Shown: positions 9,159 through 16,964, counted from the first letter of the stretch. The stretch: 24,205 nt of DNA from an uncultured virus (IMG/VR IMGVR_UViG_3300035703_000051) (IMGVR_UViG_3300035703_000051), one strand, 5' to 3'. Notes: a model not told the origin generated them from the sequence alone. Made by a program: numbers and translations.

Positions 9159-12100
9159 TTAACGATTACGGCGTTTGCCAGCACGACGACCCGCTTGGGC
9201 CATCAATTGTTGTGTAATTACTTCCAAATTAGAAGGAAGTGTTTCAGAGGAAAAACGAGTTTCTTTAGGTTCAATTTTAGCAATCTGTTCCCTTAAAGCT
9301 TGTAGTTCAGCTCCAGGTCCTGTAGTGGCAGAAGAAAGACGTTGTTGCAGCTCACCAGGGCGACGAGGCATTAAAACACCAACGTTCGCAACGCCAAGTG
9401 CTTCTTCGCCAAAGTCTTTCATCTGCTCCCAATCAGTTTCACCTTCTCCCATGCGAGCCCAAGACTCCATGCTCTTAGGAGACTCACGAATATCAAGGGA
9501 TGGAGGACCAACATACTTGCGAGTTAGAGTTGGCTCGACAACGGAACCACCTGCAAAGCCAAGTTTTTGTGCTTCTTCTCTGGAGAGGGGATAAACATCA
9601 CCTGTTTTTTGATTAACCGTTACAAAAGACTTACGTGACGGGCGGCTGCCAGGGCGACCAATCACTCCTTCGATAAAATCAAATGCAGTTGGAGAATCTA
9701 AAACAGGTAAAGTAATTCCCTTTTGTTCTGCCAACATGCGATTAGCAAGTGAACCAAGTTCCGCATAATCAGTAGCGCCAGTTGCAAAACGCAATCCATT
9801 CAAGAAACCAGCAAGTTCAGTGCGTTTAATTTGACCAGCCGCACTAACTGTTTCCCCTGTTTTGGCATCAAGAACTTGAAGCGGTGCTTGAACAATTGTC
9901 TCGGCAGCTTCAAATACATCATTGGTGAATTTGCCATATTTACCTTCTCGTTCAATTTGACCAACCGGTGGAGCACCCTGTTTTAAAGGACGCTTAACAG
10001 CCATTGGTTGAGTGGTAATAAATTCAAGTTGTTGTCCAGGGGATACATATAACTCAGCACCGTTTACATCTTTTGCAACCCCAATTTCGTTTAACTGACT
10101 TAAATCAGTAATACCAAATTCACCAAGGTTGCCATTCTCATCAACAACTTGTGTTTTGTTGACGAGCATTTTGGTACCAGCCTTGGTTGTGTGCGGTGCA
10201 TAGTACAAGTTATAAACAGGTTCCTGTACTGGAGGTTCAGCGACACCGCCAACTAAACGTCCTTTCTGAGACCCACGACCAAACTCGGGTGTCACGTCAG
10301 GTTGCGCTTTTTGACTTTGATTAAGCGCAGTTTGAAAATAAGAGGTTTCTCGTGCGTCAGCAATAAATTGATCTGCGGTATAAGGACTAACAATCTTCTG
10401 GTGCGCCCGTACCAAAGCGCGGCCTGTTGCTTTGTACTGTTCAGCATCTAAACGATTGGCAACAGTTGGATTTGCTTCTGCAACGGCAATGGCTCTGTTT
10501 TTATCAACTAAGAACGGAACATCCAGATTTATTTGTTCACCGCGTTCAATGGCTTCTACTGTTTCGCTAGGGAGAACATCGCGATATAAAACGGTTTCGG
10601 TCATTTTGACCAGATTGCCTTCCTCGTTGCGTGTTTCAACGTTACGCAAACGCACTGGCATATCTAAGTCATAAGAATCAACCAGGCGATTCCTGCGTGC
10701 TGGACGAGTAATGCTGGATTGACCGCCGGAGAGGTGAGTACGGACTTGATCATCCCAGTAATCACGGAAATTGTTGATTGCTTCTTGGTACTGCTCTGAC
10801 TGCATCATTGGAACAGAAGCGGTACTGACGCCACCGGTAAGACCCGTCAGTGCCTCACTGATTGGTTCCCACTGCTCTTCATCATCTTGGCTGCGGGTGC
10901 GAACAGGGCGTGGTTGTTGAGATGCAAAAGCCGAGCGTTTGATCTCACCTTCTGGAAGAACTGCGTATTCGTCGCCTTCAGTACCTTCTCCGCCACGAAT
11001 TTTTACTGTCCTTGCACCAGCAGCATACTCACCGCCAATCAAACGACCAGCTCGATCAAACTCAGGGGCATTGACATCCAGTGTACGTGCAAAGTTTTGC
11101 GGACCAACCGTCGCTGCGTTATAGCCTGGATCTAAGAATTCAGATTTGCCGTATTGAGCAAATGCATTGATACGTGCATTGATCTCAAACTCATCAAGAC
11201 CAGAGTCGTAAAGTTTTTGAAGCGCAGGAGATGTCTCAGTTGCACCAGCACGACTCAAGGACATTGTCTTACGACGAGCGCGTTGAGTAACTTGATCTTC
11301 CCCTGCTTCTACGGCATTAACCTGTTGGTTACGTGCTTGATTTAAAAGCTGATCTTGAATCGAAGTAAGGTCAGTAAATGCACCAGGTTGGTTGGCGCGT
11401 GTTGGCAATGGTGTAGAAGGCGCTTCTGGTACTGCTGTTTCACCTGAACGCAGTTTTTCAAAATACTCCGCACCAAGAACTCGTTTTTCTTTTACGTCTT
11501 CTGCATTGACAAGACGACGATATAAAGCTTCATTTTGTTGCAAAAACTCATCAACATCAAAAGCACGTGTCTGTGCTTGAGGTTCAGAGCGAATCTCTTC
11601 AAGAACATCATCAATCAGTTGTTCATTGCTTTTTGCAATTCTTGCTTGACGCGAAAGTTCAGAACCATATTCAAATGGAACCGCACGTTCGTAATCTGCT
11701 TCGTATTTTTTAAGCAGTTCATCGGCAACATCGACTGTTGCTTGAGGAATTGCTGCAGATCGTTGTTGAAGAGAAGAAAGAGGTACCATTCGCCCCTGGC
11801 GACGCACCATTCGTTCTTGACGAGGGGGTGGAGCGGGAAGATCTACGGTCGATTGTGGGATTGCTGCAACTTTTGATGGTGCAACAGGTACTGGTTTGTA
11901 TTCCTGCTTGATTTTTTGTACAGCAGCCTCTGGAACTTTGGTTAATTGCGTTCCAGGGGCAGCCGAAACTGGTTTTGCACGTCCACCGGCCAGCATGCGG
12001 CGTCCAGCAAGGCCCGCACCCACTAAAGTGCCCAGTCCCAAGGCTGCAATACCCAAGGTTTCCAGCAGATTGGAGCTTTCTTGCGGTTGACGCACCTGAT

Positions 12101-12215
12101 TACGCCGAAACTCTGCAACTTCAGGGGCAAGTTCCGCCCTTTCTTCCGGATCTTCTGGGTATGGAGTCCCAGTGGCACGGCTGTATGCAGCAAAATCAGC
12201 GGGAGAAAGGGCCAT
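9159..12215 (-). CDS. Large (1018 aa) putative internal virion protein with N-terminal TM-like helix
   Basis: Long uninterrupted ORF; LGIAALGLGTLVGAGLAG segment; internal repeat AAIPQSTVD / AAIPQATVD; no recognisable enzyme motif. Confidence 0.7.
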   Translation of the reverse strand: MALSPADFAAYSRATGTPYPEDPEERAELAPEVAEFRRNQVRQPQESSNLLETLGIAALGLGTLVGAGLAGRRMLAGGRAKPVSAAPGTQLTKVPEAAVQKIKQEYKPVPVAPSKVAAIPQSTVDLPAPPPRQERMVRRQGRMVPLSSLQQRSAAIPQATVDVADELLKKYEADYERAVPFEYGSELSRQARIAKSNEQLIDDVLEEIRSEPQAQTRAFDVDEFLQQNEALYRRLVNAEDVKEKRVLGAEYFEKLRSGETAVPEAPSTPLPTRANQPGAFTDLTSIQDQLLNQARNQQVNAVEAGEDQVTQRARRKTMSLSRAGATETSPALQKLYDSGLDEFEINARINAFAQYGKSEFLDPGYNAATVGPQNFARTLDVNAPEFDRAGRLIGGEYAAGARTVKIRGGEGTEGDEYAVLPEGEIKRSAFASQQPRPVRTRSQDDEEQWEPISEALTGLTGGVSTASVPMMQSEQYQEAINNFRDYWDDQVRTHLSGGQSSITRPARRNRLVDSYDLDMPVRLRNVETRNEEGNLVKMTETVLYRDVLPSETVEAIERGEQINLDVPFLVDKNRAIAVAEANPTVANRLDAEQYKATGRALVRAHQKIVSPYTADQFIADARETSYFQTALNQSQKAQPDVTPEFGRGSQKGRLVGGVAEPPVQEPVYNLYYAPHTTKAGTKMLVNKTQVVDENGNLGEFGITDLSQLNEIGVAKDVNGAELYVSPGQQLEFITTQPMAVKRPLKQGAPPVGQIEREGKYGKFTNDVFEAAETIVQAPLQVLDAKTGETVSAAGQIKRTELAGFLNGLRFATGATDYAELGSLANRMLAEQKGITLPVLDSPTAFDFIEGVIGRPGSRPSRKSFVTVNQKTGDVYPLSREEAQKLGFAGGSVVEPTLTRKYVGPPSLDIRESPKSMESWARMGEGETDWEQMKDFGEEALGVANVGVLMPRRPGELQQRLSSATTGPGAELQALREQIAKIEPKETRFSSETLPSNLEVITQQLMAQAGRRAGKRRNR

Positions 12216-12343
12216 GGAGCTAAATATGTTTAATATTGCTTGATATTTTTATTTTAGAGGGAAGAATTTAAAAAAATAAGTGTTATAGACTTAAAGCACG
12301 ACCAAGTTTTGCCCCTGGTTGGGGTAAAAATAAAAATTAAGCC

Positions 12344-12550
12344 ATGGACGCAAGAGATAGAATGCAACGGGTCATTGGCCTAGAAGCAATTAAAAGCAAA
12401 GCAGAAGATTTATTGAAAGAGGGGAAGACTCCTTTTGAAATTCAACGTTTTGTATCAGGTGCTAAAGGAGAATTAGCGAAACAAAAGCCTGATTGGGAAA
12501 GTTATGCGGCCGCTGTTAAAGCATCTAAAGCAGCACAAAACACTTTTTAG
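12344..12550 (+). CDS. Hypothetical protein (68 aa)
   Basis: ATG ORF divergent from the late operon, followed by a terminator. Confidence 0.7.
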   Translation: MDARDRMQRVIGLEAIKSKAEDLLKEGKTPFEIQRFVSGAKGELAKQKPDWESYAAAVKASKAAQNTF

Positions 12551-12575
12551 TTAATTAATGCAAGGTTTAAAAAGT

Positions 12576-12600
12576 ACCGGGGATAAAACCCCGGTTTTTT
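12576..12600 (+). terminator. Rho-independent terminator
   Basis: ACCGGGG-ATAAAA-CCCCGGT followed by a T run. Confidence 0.8.
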
Positions 12601-12633
12601 GTTGCATTTTTTGGGGTAATTAGGGAAAATACA

Positions 12634-12666
12634 TACAAAAATAAGTTGTAAATTACAAAAATAAGT
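12634..12666. repeat. 13-bp direct repeat TACAAAAATAAGT x2, 20-bp period
   Basis: Copies at 12634-12646 and 12654-12666. Confidence 0.8.
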
Positions 12667-12845
12667 ATTTATTACTACAGAAAGAGCCCCTATATATGGC
12701 GAATAGGGTACAGAATTACCTGACTCTTCTCCAACACCCCAACCGAATTGAATCCTGTATAGAAAAAAAGAAAGGTGGGGAGGGTTGATATAGATAACGG
12801 GGGCTGCGCATCCGTAACACGCAGAGTACCATTGCATTCCGTACC

Positions 12846-13127
12846 ATGGAAACCAACGCAATCCGTCGGTGGCAGTATGACTGGCGCTTGAATGTAGGCG
12901 AGCGTCCGCTTGAGCAGAACGCGGAGCTTTTCCACAGCTATGTGGAGATGGCGTACACGTTGCTCGAGGAGTTTAGCTCAGCCGAGTTCATGTACCACGA
13001 GGTTAGGAGCGTATGTTCGCCCAAGTATCTGTTCAGTGTTGTATGTGATATGCGAAGCGAGAAGCTGAGCATGCGCATTTACAATACTGACTCAGGCATC
13101 AAGGCGATTAGCATCCACAAAGTCTGA
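12846..13127 (+). CDS. Hypothetical early protein (93 aa)
   Basis: ATG ORF; first gene of the plus-strand early block. Confidence 0.65.
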   Translation: METNAIRRWQYDWRLNVGERPLEQNAELFHSYVEMAYTLLEEFSSAEFMYHEVRSVCSPKYLFSVVCDMRSEKLSMRIYNTDSGIKAISIHKV

Positions 13128-13128
13128 C

Positions 13129-13170
13129 GGTTATCTTTTCCCCTGGTGAGAGCCAGGGGTTCATATAGCC
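13129..13170 (+). promoter_or_regulatory. Bulged stem-loop right after a stop codon (family A-like; candidate RNase III site)
   Basis: GGTTAT/ATAGCC lower stem, pyrimidine-rich internal loop, CCCCTGG/CCAGGGG upper stem. Confidence 0.5.
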
Positions 13171-13291
13171 CTCAACACCGTACATTCTGTACAGAATTCC
13201 TTGTTTGATACGTTCGCGTATCGAGCATGAGGTTGGGAAAACCCCCGCCCCGCAACGGGTTTCAATTAGGACAGTAATTAATCTTGCACCT

Positions 13292-13316
13292 CGTCAAGCT
13301 GGACGTTAAACGTAGC
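13292..13316 (+). ncRNA. Candidate H-type pseudoknot leader element (family C, copy 1)
   Basis: CGTC-AAGCTG-GACG-TTAAAC-GTAGC; loop GCTG can pair with TAGC. Confidence 0.45.
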
Positions 13317-13339
13317 ATGCACATCTACACCACACCATC

Positions 13340-13528
13340 ATGATCAAAGCAGAACACACATTTGCAGCAGTCATCATCTGGGCATTTGGTCTCGGCATCC
13401 TTGCAGGTCCAGTCGCTGGTTACCTTATTGATAAGGCAACTGCCAAGCAATGTATTAACCATGACTGGCCCAGGGAGGCTGATCAAATCCACCGTGACTG
13501 GTGCATTGCCAACGGCTACAAGATCTAG
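13340..13528 (+). CDS. Small single-TM membrane protein with Cys pair
   Basis: Hydrophobic N-terminus, then C...WCIANGY; C/A-rich leader. Confidence 0.75.
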   Translation: MIKAEHTFAAVIIWAFGLGILAGPVAGYLIDKATAKQCINHDWPREADQIHRDWCIANGYKI

Positions 13529-13593
13529 CTGATTCGTTAAAGCGAGCGACCAGGTGCAAACCCTGGTCCAGCACTTGCCACAATTCCGTGGCA
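13528..13593 (+). ncRNA. Candidate three-way-junction element with T-loop-like arm
   Basis: GCTG/CAGC closes TTCGT-TAAA-GCGAG and GACCAGG-TGCAAAC-CCTGGTC; followed by a TGCCAC/GTGGCA hairpin. Confidence 0.5.
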
Positions 13594-13611
13594 TTTACTC
13601 AACACAACACC

Positions 13612-13884
13612 ATGCAAACACCTGCACTGGTCTACAAGCCATCCGCTGAAAAGCAGTATCGCGTCACATGGTATGGCGGCGAATCAACCATGCTTCGATT
13701 CGAGAAGCTATGGAATACATTCGACCCAGATACCAACGCTACCTACCAGGAATGGTTGGAGCGTCACGTACGTACTCTCGGCGGTGGCATTCCCAGTTCC
13801 ATGAAAGAGATGCTGTCTGAAATGGAGGATTACTACCATTACGGCATCGAGATGGAACAAGAGTACAAGCGTCAACTCATGTGA
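13612..13884 (+). CDS. Hypothetical early protein (90 aa)
   Basis: ATG at 13612 after ACTCAACACAACACC leader. Confidence 0.75.
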   Translation: MQTPALVYKPSAEKQYRVTWYGGESTMLRFEKLWNTFDPDTNATYQEWLERHVRTLGGGIPSSMKEMLSEMEDYYHYGIEMEQEYKRQLM

Positions 13885-13885
13885 C

Positions 13886-13934
13886 TCCTGCTCTAAGGGG
13901 CTTCGGCCCTTTACTGCAGGACTCAACATCCTGC
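13886..13934 (+). promoter_or_regulatory. Structured intergenic repeat family A, copy 1
   Basis: TCCTGC-TCT-AAGGGGC-TTCG-GCCCTT-TACT-GCAGGA-N7-TCCTGC. Confidence 0.65.
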
Positions 13935-13953
13935 TCACATTCAACTCAACACC

Positions 13954-14145
13954 ATGACTGCACTTAACTTCAGGAAGAACGTACGTGAATTCCTGCCTTG
14001 GGTGAAGGCAACAGCTCAATCTGTTACCAAGGAATGTCAATCGATTAATGCATCGGAGAAGCTGCATGACATCCGCTGTCGTGCTGCTGCACTCATGATG
14101 CCTAACGATATGGCATTTATCATCACACCCAAGCAAGACATCTGA
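13954..14145 (+). CDS. Hypothetical early protein (63 aa)
   Basis: ATG after ATTCAACTCAACACC leader. Confidence 0.7.
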   Translation: MTALNFRKNVREFLPWVKATAQSVTKECQSINASEKLHDIRCRAAALMMPNDMAFIITPKQDI

Positions 14146-14148
14146 ACC

Positions 14149-14355
14149 ATGACTAACAATCATCTGACTGACTCTGTTATCGCCATCGTTCTTGGCACTG
14201 GTGTCGGCATGATCCTGTCTGTTTTCGGACAGAAGATGCTCAACCAGCACTACAAGAACACATGCCACGAGAAGCCAGGTCATAACCTGGTGCTATCACG
14301 TGGATTCCTTGGCGATACCTACTACTGCATCAACAGCAAGTACATCGTCAAATAG
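14149..14355 (+). CDS. Small single-TM membrane protein with Cys pair
   Basis: VIAIVLGTGVGMILSVFG then C...YCINSKY; same layout as 13340..13528. Confidence 0.75.
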   Translation: MTNNHLTDSVIAIVLGTGVGMILSVFGQKMLNQHYKNTCHEKPGHNLVLSRGFLGDTYYCINSKYIVK

Positions 14356-14357
14356 AT

Positions 14358-14729
14358 TCCTGCTCTTAACCCTTCCGTTTGATGCGCTCTTGGCACAATG
14401 GTGGTTTCCACCGAAGTATCAAGCTTCTTTCTGAATCATATGCAGACCATCCTGTCATCCATGCAATCTTTAAGTTGTATTCTTCTAACGCAACACGATT
14501 GAATGCTGGATGATTAGATGGATTGCGCAATCGATTCCAGAGTATTTTGCTACGTCCAATGTACAAGATATTGTCATTGGCATCAATCAATGCATAACAT
14601 CCAGGGACAGCTGGTATCTGCTTGGCTTCCTGCCAAGTTACAGATTGCCAGTTGACTGGATTCATTTCCATTGATCAAGCATAATACGTTTGCGTATCGA
14701 TGGTGGGTTTTCTGCAGGATTCTCCTGCA
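14358..14729 (+). repeat. Structured intergenic repeat family A, copy 2, interrupted by the GIY-YIG gene
   Basis: Left arm TCCTGCTCTTAACCCTTCCGT (14358-14378) and right arm CGATGGTGGGTTTTCTGCAGGA-TTC-TCCTGCA (14698-14729) match copy 3. Confidence 0.75.
14366..14671 (-). CDS. GIY-YIG nuclease (stand-alone catalytic domain)
   Basis: PGCYAL-x6-LYIGRS...NRL...H...E motif as in the UvrC N-terminal domain; antisense to neighbours. Confidence 0.85.
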   Translation of the reverse strand: MEMNPVNWQSVTWQEAKQIPAVPGCYALIDANDNILYIGRSKILWNRLRNPSNHPAFNRVALEEYNLKIAWMTGWSAYDSERSLILRWKPPLCQERIKRKG

Positions 14730-14755
14730 CCACACCACACGACACCACTTGGATC

Positions 14756-15001
14756 ATGACAATGACTCCTAAAGCTGTTGAACATCTACTCACGCAAGAT
14801 GCCCGCCTGCTTGCCAGGAGGGATGCCCCTGTTATTGACCAAGAACTAGAGAGCCAGCGTCAAGCTGCTCTCGATTTGTTCTTCCAATGGCAAGACGGGA
14901 TGCGTGAATTCCAGGACCTTCTACCGTTCTGCGTTGTTCTCCAACGTAAAGTAGATCTCAACCAAGATCTGCTTCGCTGGGAACGCAAGAACATAGACTG
15001 A
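14756..15001 (+). CDS. Hypothetical early protein (about 81 aa)
   Basis: ATG at 14756 (or 14762) within ORF track 14690..15001. Confidence 0.7.
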   Translation: MTMTPKAVEHLLTQDARLLARRDAPVIDQELESQRQAALDLFFQWQDGMREFQDLLPFCVVLQRKVDLNQDLLRWERKNID

Positions 15002-15002
15002 C

Positions 15003-15074
15003 TTCTGCACTTAACCCTTCCGTCAGTACACATGTACTACGACGGTGGGTTTTCTGCAGGACTCACCTCCTGCA
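15003..15074 (+). promoter_or_regulatory. Structured intergenic repeat family A, copy 3
   Basis: TTCTGCACTTAACCCTTCCGTC-AGTACACATGTACTAC-GACGGTGGGTTTTCTGCAGGA-CTCACC-TCCTGCA. Confidence 0.7.
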
Positions 15075-15092
15075 TCCATTGCACACAACACC

Positions 15093-15296
15093 ATGCGAAC
15101 TATTTATTCCATGGGCAAAGGCAAGTACATCACCCTCGATTCTTATGGTGAGAATCATGAGAATCGACTTTGGTCAATTGGTATTGCACTCTTTGCCCTC
15201 ATCATTGCCTCATTCACAGTACCTGCACTGATCGGCATTGACATCACCAACATCAATCAACAGAACAATGGGAATCCACATCGCACTAGTCGCTGA
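15093..15296 (+). CDS. Small membrane protein
   Basis: TM segment LWSIGIALFALIIASFTVPALIGI; C/A-rich leader. Confidence 0.7.
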   Translation: MRTIYSMGKGKYITLDSYGENHENRLWSIGIALFALIIASFTVPALIGIDITNINQQNNGNPHRTSR

Positions 15297-15495
15297 TCGT
15301 TCCGGTCGTTATGCCCATGTCTGGGGCAATGCACGGACCTTTCATCAGTTCTTTGATCAACTCGAAGACATTGGCTGCGAAGTGATCGAGGATCAATCTG
15401 AAGATTGGGACGGTTGCACCAGAGATGAAATTGCTGAGGACTGCTTGTCAGTGCATCAGTTGCTCAACGACTCGGACTTCATACCCCACGAGTAG
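15268..15495 (+). CDS. Acidic hypothetical protein (75 aa)
   Basis: ATG at 15268; D/E-rich C-terminal half. Confidence 0.65.
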   Translation: MGIHIALVADRSGRYAHVWGNARTFHQFFDQLEDIGCEVIEDQSEDWDGCTRDEIAEDCLSVHQLLNDSDFIPHE

Positions 15496-15592
15496 TGCAC
15501 TCCAAATCCAACACGCTACGGCTGGTACTTGCATCCTTGTATGTACCAGCTATTCTCTACCTGCATCCACTGCACTCATCCCAATCCAAACC

Positions 15593-16033
15593 ATGGACGC
15601 TCTCAGCCAACTTGATGTCACTAGCCCCGATCACGTCTCTGTTATCACCAGGGACGGGAAGGTAACCATCTCAGTCTTGAAAGATGGTACGTCTGTGACC
15701 CTTGGCTTCCAGATCCGTAATCCACGCCTTGATTCTTCCCCTCTTCCCCCTCTGCAACAGTCAGTACCGATGATTGTGAAGAAGGGGGACCAGGACAGAG
15801 TTAAGCCTGTTGGTGCACCTGGTACTACGCATGTGCGTTACCGTGGACCAATCCCTAAACTTAACCCAATTTCAGTACGTGATATCAAACTCTTGCTTAA
15901 TGATTCTAAATTCATGAGTAGATTCACAAGCAAGACAAGTGCATATGAAGCAATCGGTCGACAGTACAACGTGACAGGCTGTGCTATTGGCAATATTGCT
16001 CGTGGCATTGCTTGGAATCAAGTCAAAGTCTGA
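15593..16033 (+). CDS. Protein with C-terminal helix-turn-helix
   Basis: KLNPISVRDIK...AYEAIGRQYNVTGCAIGNIARGIAW resembles the HTH modules appended to phage HNH nucleases. Confidence 0.65.
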   Translation: MDALSQLDVTSPDHVSVITRDGKVTISVLKDGTSVTLGFQIRNPRLDSSPLPPLQQSVPMIVKKGDQDRVKPVGAPGTTHVRYRGPIPKLNPISVRDIKLLLNDSKFMSRFTSKTSAYEAIGRQYNVTGCAIGNIARGIAWNQVKV

Positions 16034-16043
16034 CCACACAACA

Positions 16044-16094
16044 CCTGGGCTTCCACTATTGAGAACTCTTCTCAACTGTGGTGTAAGTCCCAGG
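16044..16094 (+). ncRNA. Structured intergenic repeat family B, copy 1
   Basis: CCTGGGC-TT-CCAC...GTGG-TGTAAGT-CCCAGG. Confidence 0.65.
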
Positions 16095-16123
16095 ATCAAC
16101 CGTTCAATTACTCAATTCAAACC

Positions 16124-16252
16124 ATGACCAACCTCGATAACAACTACGAAGCTGACTACATGGATGCAATGGCAGATCGCCTTGCAGACATCGAAGAAGC
16201 TATGCGTGAATCAGAGCCACAAGAATGGGAGGGCTACGATGACGAATCGTAA
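16124..16252 (+). CDS. Very acidic small protein (42 aa)
   Basis: Manual translation MTNLDNNYEADYMDAMADRLADIEEAMRESEPQEWEGYDDES; ACTCAATTCAAACC leader; below ORF-track cutoff. Confidence 0.7.
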   Translation: MTNLDNNYEADYMDAMADRLADIEEAMRESEPQEWEGYDDES

Positions 16253-16327
16253 TCACGAAGATGACATCTTTATTGTCATCATTGCCATCATCTCCATTCT
16301 TGTTACCACACTCATCGATTCAATCCA

Positions 16328-16696
16328 ATGTCTTATCTCTCTGAACTCCAGAAGTTCTACCCCAAGTCCTACAAGTTGCGTTACGCAATCCAACGCTACA
16401 ACACCCACAAGGACTGGGAACACGAAGACCCAACGACTATCACCATCCACGAAACCACGCTCAACTACGGCGGTCCAGAAGAAGGTGGATGGTGGTACCA
16501 TGCAGGACTCCCAGTCCTCACCCACTGCATCTTCTCCAAGAAGCAAGCGGTCCAAACCTTCATCCAATACTTCGACGAGTACGAAATCAAAGACCAGCCC
16601 GACCTCGGGCTCACGTCGACGTACTCGAACTACGAAGTCAACTTCTCCAACGGATACGCTAAGGTCTACCCCGAATCCAAACCACACTATTGCTGA
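16328..16696 (+). CDS. Hypothetical protein (YGGPEEGGWWY motif)
   Basis: 122 aa with strongly C-ending codons; TGATG overlap with next gene. Confidence 0.8.
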   Translation: MSYLSELQKFYPKSYKLRYAIQRYNTHKDWEHEDPTTITIHETTLNYGGPEEGGWWYHAGLPVLTHCIFSKKQAVQTFIQYFDEYEIKDQPDLGLTSTYSNYEVNFSNGYAKVYPESKPHYC

Positions 16697-16947
16697 TGAC
16701 AACAGAAGTACTACCTCAGGTTCGGGGATTGACAACCAATCAACGCAACCTATATCTCTACTTCTTGGCACACAAGAAGAAGCATAAGAACACTCCGTGT
16801 TATGTACCACGGTGTTCAACACAAGTCTCTCGGCTTGATCAATATCTCAATGCATTGGTCAAGCTGGAACAATACGGTTTAATGCGCGTTGACAGAAGCA
16901 GTGCTAACTACACTGGCTGGATCATGCTTGATCCCAAGTCAACGTAA
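16696..16947 (+). CDS. Putative winged-helix DNA-binding protein
   Basis: GLTTNQRNLYLYF...YLNALVKLEQYGLMRV pattern. Confidence 0.55.
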   Translation: MTTEVLPQVRGLTTNQRNLYLYFLAHKKKHKNTPCYVPRCSTQVSRLDQYLNALVKLEQYGLMRVDRSSANYTGWIMLDPKST

Positions 16948-16964
16948 GTGTTATATGCGCATAC

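Noticed and set aside
1902..12215. Shared (R/Q/M)LAG or FAG motif in several late proteins as a cleavage/targeting signal
   Set aside because: Expected by chance in Ala/Gly/Leu-rich proteins; cannot be supported without homolog alignments.
80..12223. Plus-strand ORFs in the late region and minus-strand ORFs such as 13708..14283 and 16253..16822
   Set aside because: Antisense shadows of better-supported genes, with no motifs or leaders.
12547..12935. Minus-strand ORFs 12547..12861 and 12690..12935
   Set aside because: They cross a terminator and low-complexity tracts and have implausible composition; region treated as non-coding.
14358..15074. Integron attC sites (ACTTAAC...GTT in family A)
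   Set aside because: Right end reads GTTTTCT, not GTTRRRY; copy 1 lacks the AAC/GTT core; no integron integrase in the window.
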